Shown here piece after piece: positions 50,161-59,201 of a DNA stretch of 64,000 bases. The translations under genes and the position numbers were made by a program. Position 1 is the stretch's first letter. Each line of letters starts with the position of its first letter. Source of the DNA: Patescibacteria group bacterium (GTDB lineage: Bacteria; Patescibacteriota; UBA1384; JBAYJO01); assembly GCA_041665085.1 (NCBI GenBank), contig JBAYJO010000003.1, positions 2,131 to 66,130 of the forward strand, in the 5' to 3' direction. The notes under the pieces were generated by a model, which was not told the origin of the DNA, did not search any database, and saw only the letters and a program-made list of their open reading frames with translations.

Positions 50161-51225
50161 TTGCCGGTTTTATCTGAAAGAATGAAATCATTACTTGACC
50201 AAGTACTGACGCGAAATGCCAGCGATTTACATATGATGGTTGGAACAGCGCCTATTTTAAGGATAGATGGCAAATTAGCAACTATTCCGGATGAAGCGGT
50301 GCTTTCGGAAGCTGATTGCGAAGAACTGATTGGCAGTATGTTGCTAGAAACACATATGGAAATTTTAAAACATCGAAAAGAGTTGGATTTTTCATTTGGA
50401 TATAAAGATTTAAGATTTAGAACTAATGTTTATTATCAAAAAGGAACTCTTGCGGCTTCGCTTCGTTCTATTTCCAGTGTAATTAGAAGTTTTGCTGAAC
50501 TTGGACTCCCGCCGATAATTGAAAGATTTGCAACTAATTCCCAAGGTTTTGTTCTGATTACCGGTCCAACCGGACATGGGAAAACAACTACGCTTGCATC
50601 AATGATTGAGCATATTAATATTACTCGAAGTGAGCACATAGTTACAATTGAAGATCCGATTGAATATGTATTTAATAATAAAAAAAGTATTATCTCGCAA
50701 CGAGAGGTTGGTTCAGATACAAATACATTTGCTCGTGCTTTAAGGGCTTCGCTTCGTGAAGATCCGAATGTTGTTTTAATTGGTGAAATGAGAGATCTTG
50801 AAACAATCGAAACCGCGCTTACTATCGCTGAAACAGGACATTTGGTTTTTGCAACGCTTCATACCAATAGCGCTTCTCAAACTGCCGATCGAATTATTAA
50901 TGTTTTTCCTCCACACCAACAACAACAAGTCAGACAACAACTTGCATCGGTTCTTTTGGGTATTGTTTCACAAAGATTAATGCCTCGGGTGCAGGGTGGA
51001 AGAATTGTTGCTTCTGAAATAATGCTTGCATCAACTGCTGTTAGGAGTTTAATTCGCGAAGGTAAAACATATCAATTGCCTAATGTGATTCAAACTTCTG
51101 CTTCCGAAGGAATGATTAGTCTAGATAAGGTTTTGGCTGAACTTGTAAGTAAAGGTGAGATAACAATTGATGATGCTTTGACTTGGGCAACTGATCCAAA
51201 AGCATTTAAAATGATGATTTACTAG
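50161..51225 (+). CDS. pilT: Twitching motility ATPase PilT
   Basis: ASDLH, GPTGHGKTTT, LREDPNV.LIGEMRD, AVRSLIRE. Confidence 0.95.
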   Translation: MPVLSERMKSLLDQVLTRNASDLHMMVGTAPILRIDGKLATIPDEAVLSEADCEELIGSMLLETHMEILKHRKELDFSFGYKDLRFRTNVYYQKGTLAASLRSISSVIRSFAELGLPPIIERFATNSQGFVLITGPTGHGKTTTLASMIEHINITRSEHIVTIEDPIEYVFNNKKSIISQREVGSDTNTFARALRASLREDPNVVLIGEMRDLETIETALTIAETGHLVFATLHTNSASQTADRIINVFPPHQQQQVRQQLASVLLGIVSQRLMPRVQGGRIVASEIMLASTAVRSLIREGKTYQLPNVIQTSASEGMISLDKVLAELVSKGEITIDDALTWATDPKAFKMMIY

Positions 51226-51283
51226 AGATAGCTAAAAACTTAAAACTGAAAGATTAAAATCACAACTTAAAATTTATATTAAA

Positions 51284-51646
51284 ATGATTAAAACAAATAC
51301 TGATTTAAAATCACGTTCATACAAATTCTCATTAGATATTATTAGTTTTATTCAAAATATATCAAATTCTAAAATAAGTTTAGTTTTGATAAATCAGCTA
51401 TTAAGGTCAGCTACTTCAATAGGTGCTAATATTTTTGAAGCAAAATCATCTTCATCAAAAAGAGATTTTATTAAGTTTTTTGAAATTTCATTAAAATCTG
51501 CTAATGAAACAGAATATTGGTTAAATTTATTCAAAGATAGTAGGATCAGTAGCGTCAAAGAGGTTGATATTTTACTTGATGAATTAGTTGAATTAAGCAA
51601 AATGATTGCCGCAAGTTTATTAACAATGAAAAACAAAAGGAATTAA
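51284..51646 (+). CDS. Four-helix-bundle protein (TIGR02436 / 23S rRNA IVP family)
   Basis: QLLRSATSIGANI.EA..SS.RDF and KSANETEYWL. Confidence 0.92.
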   Translation: MIKTNTDLKSRSYKFSLDIISFIQNISNSKISLVLINQLLRSATSIGANIFEAKSSSSKRDFIKFFEISLKSANETEYWLNLFKDSRISSVKEVDILLDELVELSKMIAASLLTMKNKRN

Positions 51647-51708
51647 AAAGGATTTAAGTTTTAAACTGTGGATTTAAGTTTTAAACTTTAAACTTTAAAT
51701 TAAAAACA

Positions 51709-52779
51709 ATGGATAATATAATTCATTACATAAATAAATACATTAAGCATGTGAGCGTTAAGGAAAAGGCGTTTTTTTCTCGTCAGTTGGCAACCATGCT
51801 TAGCTCTGGCTTGCCATTGACCCAGTCGCTATATATTTTAGCTGTTCAGAGTACCAATGAATATTTTAAAAGTATTTTAAATGATGTGATTTTTGATCTT
51901 GAGGCTGGATATAATTTTCACAATGCTCTTTCAAAACACCCTAAAGTATTTAATAAAGTTTTTGTCAGTCTTGTTAAGGCAGGCGAATCATCCGGTAAAT
52001 TAGAGCAAATTTTAGATGATTTAGCTACGCAAATTGAAAATGACGCTGCTTTTTCATCAAAAATAAAAGCTGCTTTGCTTTATCCGGTTTTTATTTTAGT
52101 TGTATTAATTGGAGTTTCTGTAATGATGATGGTTAAGGTTATTCCTCAACTCGAGGATGTTTTTAAAGAATCCAATGCCAAATTACCATGGATTACTACA
52201 ACTTTAATGTCCATGAGTCGTTTTATGGTTCATTATTGGTGGATTTGTATTTTTGCAATTGTAGGCTTGGTTATTTTGGTTCGAGTTTTGCTTAAAACAG
52301 ATGGTTTTGAATATTTTTGGAATAAATTTAAAATTAAAGGTCCGATTATTGGAAAAATTGTTACCGGTATTTATATGCATAGATTTACCAATACTTTAAG
52401 TTTACTTACATCATCAGGAATTCCAATTATTGAATCTTTGGATATTGTGGGCGATGTGATGAATAATCGCATTTATATTGAAGAGCTGCAAAATGTGGCT
52501 GTTCAAGTAGAGCGAGGTGTTCCGATATCTGTGCCTTTAAGTAAAAATTCAAATTTTCCGCTCATTGTTTCGCAGATGATTATGGTGGGGGAACAAACTG
52601 GAAAATTAGATAAAGTGCTAAAGGGGCTTGCAAAATATTATTATGAAGAAACCGATAATAAGATCAAAGGTATTTCGAGTCTTTTTGAGCCGGTTATGAT
52701 TGTTTTTATTGGTGGAGGAGTAGCATTTTTGGTTTTTGCGATTTTAATGCCGATATACAACCTAGCCCAGATTCAGTAA
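51709..52779 (+). CDS. pilC: Type IV pilus platform protein PilC/GspF
   Basis: FSRQLATML.SG.P, AGE.SG.L, ALLYP, GEQTGKLD, EP..I. Confidence 0.93.
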   Translation: MDNIIHYINKYIKHVSVKEKAFFSRQLATMLSSGLPLTQSLYILAVQSTNEYFKSILNDVIFDLEAGYNFHNALSKHPKVFNKVFVSLVKAGESSGKLEQILDDLATQIENDAAFSSKIKAALLYPVFILVVLIGVSVMMMVKVIPQLEDVFKESNAKLPWITTTLMSMSRFMVHYWWICIFAIVGLVILVRVLLKTDGFEYFWNKFKIKGPIIGKIVTGIYMHRFTNTLSLLTSSGIPIIESLDIVGDVMNNRIYIEELQNVAVQVERGVPISVPLSKNSNFPLIVSQMIMVGEQTGKLDKVLKGLAKYYYEETDNKIKGISSLFEPVMIVFIGGGVAFLVFAILMPIYNLAQIQ

Positions 52780-52780
52780 A

Positions 52781-52815
52781 TAGTATTGAGTATTTAGTAT
52801 TGGGTATTGAGTATA
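52781..52815. repeat. Heptamer tandem array, 5 units
   Basis: TAGTATT GAGTATT TAGTATT GGGTATT GAGTATA. Confidence 0.8.
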
Positions 52816-52847
52816 AAAAATAATTTGTAAAGCTTAAAGTCAAACTT

Positions 52848-53000
52848 TGTCATTGCGAGGTGTTTCCCTTTCCGTCATTGCGCCTGCCCGCCTTGGGAGG
52901 GAGGTCATCCGAAGCAATCTATCATATACAGATCGCCACAGCGCTGACGCTTCGCGATGACTACTTCTGTCATTCCAGCGTAGGCTGGAATCCAGAAGCA
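52848..53000 (+). repeat. Composite palindromic repeat, copy 1
   Basis: Near-identical to 53496-53651. Confidence 0.92.
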
Positions 53001-53035
53001 TTGATTTTGCAAAGAAATAAAATTAAACTTAAAGT

Positions 53036-53446
53036 ATGAAGAAAAAAGATTTTACAATTGATGATTTAGCAGTTATGGTGCAAAGTGGTTTTTTGGAGTT
53101 AAGAGATGAGATGCATGACGGATTTAATTCCCTTGATAAGAAAATTGACAATGAAGTGGGTAATCTTAGATCTGAAATGCAAGAAGGTTTTAATGAGGCT
53201 AGTAAGGAATTGCATAATGAAATAGACAAATTAAGAACCGAGATGCACGATGAGTTTAGGCGAGTTCACGAAGAGATAAGTGTATTAAAAGAGAGAATCG
53301 AATCCTTGGAAAACAGAATTAAGGATGATTTTAGTGTTTATGATGATGAAATAAGCGAGTTTCGTCGAAGAATCGATATGTTGGAAAAAGAGGTTGCAAG
53401 ATTAAAAAAGGATAATCCGTACATTCCAAAAAGGACTGTCCTTTAA
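53036..53446 (+). CDS. Coiled-coil hypothetical protein
   Basis: TIDDLAVMVQSGFLE N-terminus and repeated LRxEMxxxF units; paralog of 54522-54869. Confidence 0.8.
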   Translation: MKKKDFTIDDLAVMVQSGFLELRDEMHDGFNSLDKKIDNEVGNLRSEMQEGFNEASKELHNEIDKLRTEMHDEFRRVHEEISVLKERIESLENRIKDDFSVYDDEISEFRRRIDMLEKEVARLKKDNPYIPKRTVL

Positions 53447-53495
53447 ATAAGTCATTGCGAGGTTGTTTCCCATTGGTCGCTTTGGAAACAGGCTC

Positions 53496-53651
53496 TGTCA
53501 TTGCGAGGTGTTTCCCTTTCCGTCATTGCGCCTGCCCGCCTTGGGAGGGAGGTCATCCGAAGCAATCTATTATCATATACAGATCGCCACAGCGCTGACG
53601 CTTCGCGATGACTACCTCTGTCATTCTAGCGCAGGCTAGAATCCAGAAGCA
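53496..53651 (+). repeat. Composite palindromic repeat, copy 2 (partial third start at 53451)
   Basis: Differs from copy 1 by a 3-nt insertion and four substitutions. Confidence 0.92.
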
Positions 53652-53796
53652 ATCCCACGAGTTATCCCCAGTTTTGATTATGTCTGAAAGATAGTATTAT
53701 ATAGATAATAAATATTAATTATATCCTTTGTTTGAGTAGGTCGATCAGGGGATAGTATGTTTATTAAGTCGATTATTCATATTAAGGAGGTTTAAA

Positions 53797-54309
53797 ATGA
53801 GAAAAATTAAAGGTTTCACACTTATTGAACTTTTGGTTGTGATTGCCATTATTGGTATTCTAGCAGCCATGATTTTGGTAGCTCTTGGTGGCGCACGAGC
53901 CAAAGCACGAGATGCCACGAGAAAGTCAGATTTAAGATCGGTAAAGACAGCTTTAGAAATGTTTGCTACAGATGATCCAGCAGGTAAGTATTCAACAGCA
54001 ACTGTTAATATAACAAGTAGCTTTTTGGTATCAGGTGGATATATGAAAGTTGCGCCTACTGAGAAAAAATGGACTACATCACTATATGCTTATCTTACCG
54101 ATGCTAGCGCGTCTAACTATGTTCTTGCTGCTTTATTGGAAAATCAATCAGATCCTGGAATAAATGGTGTATTAAATACATTGCCTACTGGTTCTACTTG
54201 GATAGCTGCAACCCCAACAGCTATTGCAGCATCAACTAACACAAATTGGAGTGACAAAACAGAAGCTCCTGCAGACGGAAATTATAATTATTATTTAGGT
54301 AATAATTAA
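53797..54309 (+). CDS. Type IV pilin (probable major pilin)
   Basis: KG|[24 protein letters not shown]; strong AAGGAGG RBS and its own terminator. Confidence 0.9.
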   Translation: MRKIKGFTLIELLVVIAIIGILAAMILVALGGARAKARDATRKSDLRSVKTALEMFATDDPAGKYSTATVNITSSFLVSGGYMKVAPTEKKWTTSLYAYLTDASASNYVLAALLENQSDPGINGVLNTLPTGSTWIAATPTAIAASTNTNWSDKTEAPADGNYNYYLGNN

Positions 54310-54336
54310 TAGTATTTTAAGCTAAAGCTATATAAG

Positions 54337-54366
54337 AATACCTTGTCTTGCTGATGAGGTATTTTT
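54337..54366 (+). terminator. Terminator after pilin
   Basis: AATACCTTGTC-TTGCT-GATGAGGTATT stem (with G-U pairs) running into a T-run. Confidence 0.6.
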
Positions 54367-54521
54367 ATATTTATACTTAGAGGTAGAGGACGCATCACTT
54401 CTGCCTGCCGTCAGGCAGGTTTTAACCTGTTATATTCCATAAGCTATTAGATATTGTTTTATTGTCTTTTTAAATAAATAATTGTTGCTATAATATAGAT
54501 AAGAAGTAAAAAAGGAGAAGG

Positions 54522-54869
54522 GTGGCAAAAACAACAATTGATGATTTGGCAATAATGGTTCAGAAAGGTTTTCTGGAGATAAACGATAGGTTTAATGATT
54601 TTGATGAAAGGTTCAATCAGGTTGATGCAAGATTTGATCGCATTGAAGCTCGTCTTGATCGTGTGGAAAAACGCCTTGATCATATCGAAGCTCGTCTTGA
54701 TTTGATTGAAACCGATGTTGCAATTATCAAAAAAGATGTTGCTAGTATAAAAACTCGTCTTGATGCGACGGGTCAAAGAGATTCCGAAGACATTGAAGTT
54801 TTGTCAAGAGATATGCAGAAAGCGGAGCTTCGTTTAGATAAACTGGAAAAGCAGTGTTATGGCAAATGA
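54522..54869 (+). CDS. Heptad-repeat coiled-coil hypothetical protein
   Basis: TIDDLAIMVQKGFLE followed by seven-residue repeats (RFDRIEA, RLDRVEK, RLDHIEA); GTG start after AGGAG. Confidence 0.8.
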   Translation: MAKTTIDDLAIMVQKGFLEINDRFNDFDERFNQVDARFDRIEARLDRVEKRLDHIEARLDLIETDVAIIKKDVASIKTRLDATGQRDSEDIEVLSRDMQKAELRLDKLEKQCYGK

Positions 54870-55632
54870 TATTTTTTTCAATTTAATAATATTTATCTTC
54901 GGGCTCTGTATCGGGTCGTTTTTAAATGTGGTAGCTTTGAGATTTCCGGAATTTGTCTCGATTGCAACTACCCGAAGCCACTGTCCTTCATGCAAGAAAA
55001 ATCTCAAATGGTATGATCTTTTTCCTTTGTTCAGTTTTTTGTTTTTATGGGGTAAATGTCGATATTGCAAAGTTAAAATATCATGGCAATATCCTTTGGT
55101 TGAACTAGCGACCGGAATAATTACACTTGGCGTAATATATTTTTTCGGATTTACTTTTCAAAGCATTATTTTAATTCTTTTTTCTTGGATTTTGATAATA
55201 ATTTCAATTTTTGATTTGGAATCAATGGAGATTCCCGAATTTTTTCTGCGCATGGGGATAATATTTGCATTAATTTATCTTGTCTTTGGTTATTTTAATT
55301 TTGGTTATAATACGGATTTGTTATCTGCCATATATGGCGTATTGGTTTTTGCCGGCGTGCCGCTATTTATTTATCTTATTACAAAAGGCAAGGGGATGGG
55401 GGAAGGGGATTGGAAAATTGGATTTTCTCTTGGTTTGATTTTGGGTTTTCCACAGGCAGTTGTTGGATTTATTTTTTCAGTAGTTATCGGATCTTCGGTC
55501 GGCTTGATTTTAATAGCTTTAAAAATAAAATCTTTAAAAAGCGCTATCCCATTTGGTCCCTTTCTTGTGTTGGGATTTTTTATTGCATTATTTTGGGGAG
55601 AATATTTATGGCGGGTGTATTTCGGTTTATGA
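54859..55632 (+). CDS. pilD: Prepilin peptidase PilD
   Basis: GSFLNVV, SHCPSC, KCRYC, GMGEGD, IPFGPFL. Confidence 0.95.
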   Translation: MANDIFFNLIIFIFGLCIGSFLNVVALRFPEFVSIATTRSHCPSCKKNLKWYDLFPLFSFLFLWGKCRYCKVKISWQYPLVELATGIITLGVIYFFGFTFQSIILILFSWILIIISIFDLESMEIPEFFLRMGIIFALIYLVFGYFNFGYNTDLLSAIYGVLVFAGVPLFIYLITKGKGMGEGDWKIGFSLGLILGFPQAVVGFIFSVVIGSSVGLILIALKIKSLKSAIPFGPFLVLGFFIALFWGEYLWRVYFGL

Positions 55633-55729
55633 TATAATAAGAATAAGTTGAAAGTTCGTAAAGCGCCTCATCGGCGCTCGCCGTAGAGGCGAGTTTATAA
55701 AATTTAAGATTTATAAATAGCGAGGGAAA

Positions 55730-56224
55730 ATGATTTTTAATTATAAAAAAAGAGCTTTTACATTAATTGAGCTTTTGGTTGTAATTGCAATTATAGGTAT
55801 TTTAGTTGCTTTGGCAACATTTAGTTATACAAGAGTAAGAAAACAAGCGCGTGATGTGAAAAGAAAAGAAGATATTGCGGCTATTGCCGGAGCATTGCAA
55901 CTTTATTATCAGGATAATTATAAGTATGTAAACATGTCTGGTAGTGTAACTGTGTTTACTTCTACTGCTACGACTTTGGGTGAGTTATCAACAGGAAAAT
56001 ATATTGATCTTCCATCAGCTGCTATGGATTCTTATCCTTATGAATATTGCACAGTCGAAGGTTATAACTACGCGTTAAGAGCAAAATTAGAAATTACAAA
56101 AGAAAGTGTTTTAGAAGAAAGTGGCGGTCTGTGTTCAATCCCGGGTTATTATATTTCCGGTGAATATATCGATGATAATGGTTTAGGAGATAGTTATACC
56201 TCGAAAAGTACCGGATTTGAATAA
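55730..56224 (+). CDS. Type IV pilin-like protein
   Basis: RA|[16 protein letters not shown]. Confidence 0.88.
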   Translation: MIFNYKKRAFTLIELLVVIAIIGILVALATFSYTRVRKQARDVKRKEDIAAIAGALQLYYQDNYKYVNMSGSVTVFTSTATTLGELSTGKYIDLPSAAMDSYPYEYCTVEGYNYALRAKLEITKESVLEESGGLCSIPGYYISGEYIDDNGLGDSYTSKSTGFE

Positions 56225-56236
56225 ATAAGGAGAGAT

Positions 56237-56866
56237 TTGAAAAAAGGCTTTACTTTAATTGAACTTTTAGTAGTTATGGTAATTATTAGTGTTTTGATTT
56301 CTATTTCCATTGCCAGCATTACAAAATCGCAAAAAAACAGCCGCGATACACGAAGAAAAGCGGATATTGGCATTATTCAATCAGCTCTTGAGTCTTTTTA
56401 TAATCAGAACAAAACATATCCAGATACATCAGGAAAAAAATGTGGTGGTACTGTAAATGATTGGGAGTGTGATTATACAACATCAAACCCTGTTTGGATT
56501 TCTGGTTTAACTGGTGTTGTGGATAAAATTGGCAAAGATCCTAAACCAGTTGATTCCGATTATCCATCAACTGCAAATGGACCGCTTGCTGCTAGTGAAT
56601 TTGGTGTAAACTATTACGGGTATCGTTCTGTGAATTATTCATCAGCGTGTGTTTCTCCGGTCAGCGCTTGTCCGTACAAAGATATTTGTATTAATCCTTA
56701 TGCGCAAGGTAAATATTATATTTTAACAGCAGTTTTAGAAAACAATAATGACATCGAAACAATTGGTAACAGCGCTGTTCCGAAATATTTTCTAAATTGC
56801 GACAACATGAAAAGTTTGACCACTGTTTATAACAAAAACGCTTATGTTAAAATTAATGCTTTTTAA
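56237..56866 (+). CDS. Type IV pilin-like protein (Cys-rich)
   Basis: KG|FTLIELL, SRDTRRKAD. Confidence 0.88.
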   Translation: MKKGFTLIELLVVMVIISVLISISIASITKSQKNSRDTRRKADIGIIQSALESFYNQNKTYPDTSGKKCGGTVNDWECDYTTSNPVWISGLTGVVDKIGKDPKPVDSDYPSTANGPLAASEFGVNYYGYRSVNYSSACVSPVSACPYKDICINPYAQGKYYILTAVLENNNDIETIGNSAVPKYFLNCDNMKSLTTVYNKNAYVKINAF

Positions 56867-56885
56867 AGACATTTGGAGGATAAAA

Positions 56886-57575
56886 ATGATGAAATTTATT
56901 CAAGTCAAAAATAAGGGTTTTATGCTGGTCGAGCTGGTTGTGGCGATTTTGATTATTGGCATTTTAACTTCTGTTACTTCAATTAGTATTATAAAATCAC
57001 AAAAAGTTAGTCGCGATACGCAGAGAAAATCTGATATTGCTCAAATCGAGAAAACCTTAGAGTCGTATTATTCTGTGAATCATAAGTATCCTGTATCTGA
57101 TACATCTGGTGCTGAATGTAAGGAAGGCAGTCTAGGCTGTACAGGTGTTTCTAGTTGGCAGACTGATGCTACAACTAAAATTCCTATAGCAAAAACTGAT
57201 ATGTGGATAGTTGATTTAGCTAAGTATGCCGATAAATTGCCAAGCGATCCAAGAGGAAATAACGATACTACTCCTGGATTTGCACCAGTTTTTAAAGGTT
57301 CTGAATCGACTTATTTTTACGCGTATTATTCAAAAAGTTGTACCGAGTTGATGGTTAGCTATGTTAGTAAAAATTGTCCATATTATAAAGAGGGATCTAC
57401 TGAAGATACTAAGAGTTATGTAGTTGGATCTTACTATATTTTAGCAACTTCTCTTGAAAATAGGTCCGATCCTGAAGCTATAAGTAATTCTGATATATAC
57501 TATACAAACTGCGCAAGAATGAAACAAGATATTAATTACAATCAAAATGCTTTAGTTAAAATTAAGGTATTTTAA
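56886..57575 (+). CDS. Type IV pilin-like protein (paralog of the previous gene)
   Basis: KG|FMLVELV, SRDTQRKSD; start set after the GGAGG RBS. Confidence 0.85.
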   Translation: MMKFIQVKNKGFMLVELVVAILIIGILTSVTSISIIKSQKVSRDTQRKSDIAQIEKTLESYYSVNHKYPVSDTSGAECKEGSLGCTGVSSWQTDATTKIPIAKTDMWIVDLAKYADKLPSDPRGNNDTTPGFAPVFKGSESTYFYAYYSKSCTELMVSYVSKNCPYYKEGSTEDTKSYVVGSYYILATSLENRSDPEAISNSDIYYTNCARMKQDINYNQNALVKIKVF

Positions 57576-57576
57576 A

Positions 57577-58221
57577 ATGATACTCAAGAGGGACTCATCT
57601 TTTACTTTAATCGAGATGGTTATCTCTCTTTTTATAATTATGGTTTTAATGGTGATCGGTTTTTACAGTTTTAATCAACTTGATAGAAATACTTATCTTC
57701 AAAAATCTGCCGAAGAGATTGCCGGTGCGATTGAAACGGCGCGGGGATATTCCATGAGTCTGCCAAGTATAATTCCAAATCCAGAAATAAAAGATATTAC
57801 TTATACCGGAATTAAATTTAATAAAAATTCTGATGATGATTCAGCTCTAAGTTATGAATATTTTTATACAAAGTGTGATGATCTAGATTCATTTAATCCT
57901 GATAGCCTTAGCACAGATGATGATTGCTTGAAAGATAGTATTATTAGAATTGGGGATGATCAAACATTTTCTAAAAATATATTTATTCGAGATGACAATT
58001 CTAGTGATCCAGACTTGCCTGATTACCCTATTCTATTATTTAATAAAAACAAGATCGTTTTTTGGTGCAATAATGATGGAAGTTGTAACTCAAACAAATT
58101 AGATTTAAGTGGTTTGGCGCCAGCTTACGAAAAAACAATTTGGTTGACAAAAAGATTATCAACAACTGAAGGTAAAGCAATTATTATTAATGTAAATTCA
58201 GGAATACCAAGTGTTGAATAA
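57577..58221 (+). CDS. Minor pilin (FimT/GspH-like)
   Basis: SS|FTLIEMV, then A.EI...IETAR. Confidence 0.75.
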   Translation: MILKRDSSFTLIEMVISLFIIMVLMVIGFYSFNQLDRNTYLQKSAEEIAGAIETARGYSMSLPSIIPNPEIKDITYTGIKFNKNSDDDSALSYEYFYTKCDDLDSFNPDSLSTDDDCLKDSIIRIGDDQTFSKNIFIRDDNSSDPDLPDYPILLFNKNKIVFWCNNDGSCNSNKLDLSGLAPAYEKTIWLTKRLSTTEGKAIIINVNSGIPSVE

Positions 58222-59191
58222 GGATTTAAACAAAATTAAAAGTTTTGGGTTAATCGAGGTAATGCTTTCGGTTTCTATATTTGTGATTCTTCTGACCGGC
58301 ATTACAGGTTTAACTCAAAAAACAATGAGTGCTTCCACTAGAACAATTGAAAGACAATATGCCTTGGGGTTGGCGCAAGAAGGAATTGAAGTAATATTGC
58401 ATAAAGGAGTTGATGGTCTTCCAGCGGCAGAGTCGTTTCATGATTATGAATGGTTAGGGTATGTAGAGTTTGTGGATGGAAGTTGGATATTGAAAGATAA
58501 TGATAATATGGTAAATGATGATCCTTGTGGTTTTGATGAAAACAAAGTGCATTTAGATGATGTAGATTGGATGTGCGCTGAAGATTTTGTTAGTCCCTAT
58601 GGGGATGATTCAACTCGTTTCTCAAGAATAATTAATATCAAAAAAGATGCAGCAAGTACTGAATTTATAATTACAGTAAAAGTTGCGTGGGATACGATTA
58701 TTCCTGATGAAGCAAGCTCAATTGATCCGAAAAATTCCGTTATACTTTCAACTATATTAGTTAGCGGCGGTCTTAGCGGAGGTGATTTGATTCCACCAGC
58801 TTTTCCTATCGGTTCGATTATCAATGTAGCTAATCCATGGGGAAGTACTGATTTTGTACGACTACCACTAGTATTAACATGGCCAAGTGCAGTTGATAAT
58901 TCAGGTGGCAGTGGTGTTGCTTATTATAAAATTAGTGCTACCGGTGTAGGTTATGGCTGCGGGGGCGATGATGAATATCAGGAAGCAATTAATTTTCCTA
59001 ATGAGGGTGAAATTGTTGATGTTCAGACGGCTACAATAGAATATAGTTATTTATCCGGTAGATTTTGGGAAAATACTTGTGGTGGTGATACGGATTTTAT
59101 CAATTTGACAATTACTGCTTATGATGGAGCTAATAATCCTAGTAAAAGTTTGATTATTCCTGAAGGAAGATTATCAGGTATTATTTATTAA
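58211..59191 (+). CDS. Minor pilin (PilV-like) with C-terminal FN3/Ig-like extension
   Basis: KS|FGLIEVM, LAQEGIE, ITVKVAW; tail D..PP, LTW..AVD..SGVAYY, AYDGANN.S. Confidence 0.7.
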   Translation: MLNKDLNKIKSFGLIEVMLSVSIFVILLTGITGLTQKTMSASTRTIERQYALGLAQEGIEVILHKGVDGLPAAESFHDYEWLGYVEFVDGSWILKDNDNMVNDDPCGFDENKVHLDDVDWMCAEDFVSPYGDDSTRFSRIINIKKDAASTEFIITVKVAWDTIIPDEASSIDPKNSVILSTILVSGGLSGGDLIPPAFPIGSIINVANPWGSTDFVRLPLVLTWPSAVDNSGGSGVAYYKISATGVGYGCGGDDEYQEAINFPNEGEIVDVQTATIEYSYLSGRFWENTCGGDTDFINLTITAYDGANNPSKSLIIPEGRLSGIIY

Positions 59192-59201
59192 TATTAGTAA
59201 A

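Noticed and set aside
52848-53651. CRISPR array
   Set aside because: Only two long copies plus a fragment, no regular repeat-spacer period, and no cas genes.
51284-57575. Diversity-generating retroelement targeting pilins (Avd-like gene present)
   Set aside because: No reverse transcriptase is in the window and no template/variable repeat pair differing only at adenines was seen. The 52848/53496 repeats are non-coding and differ mostly at C/T positions.
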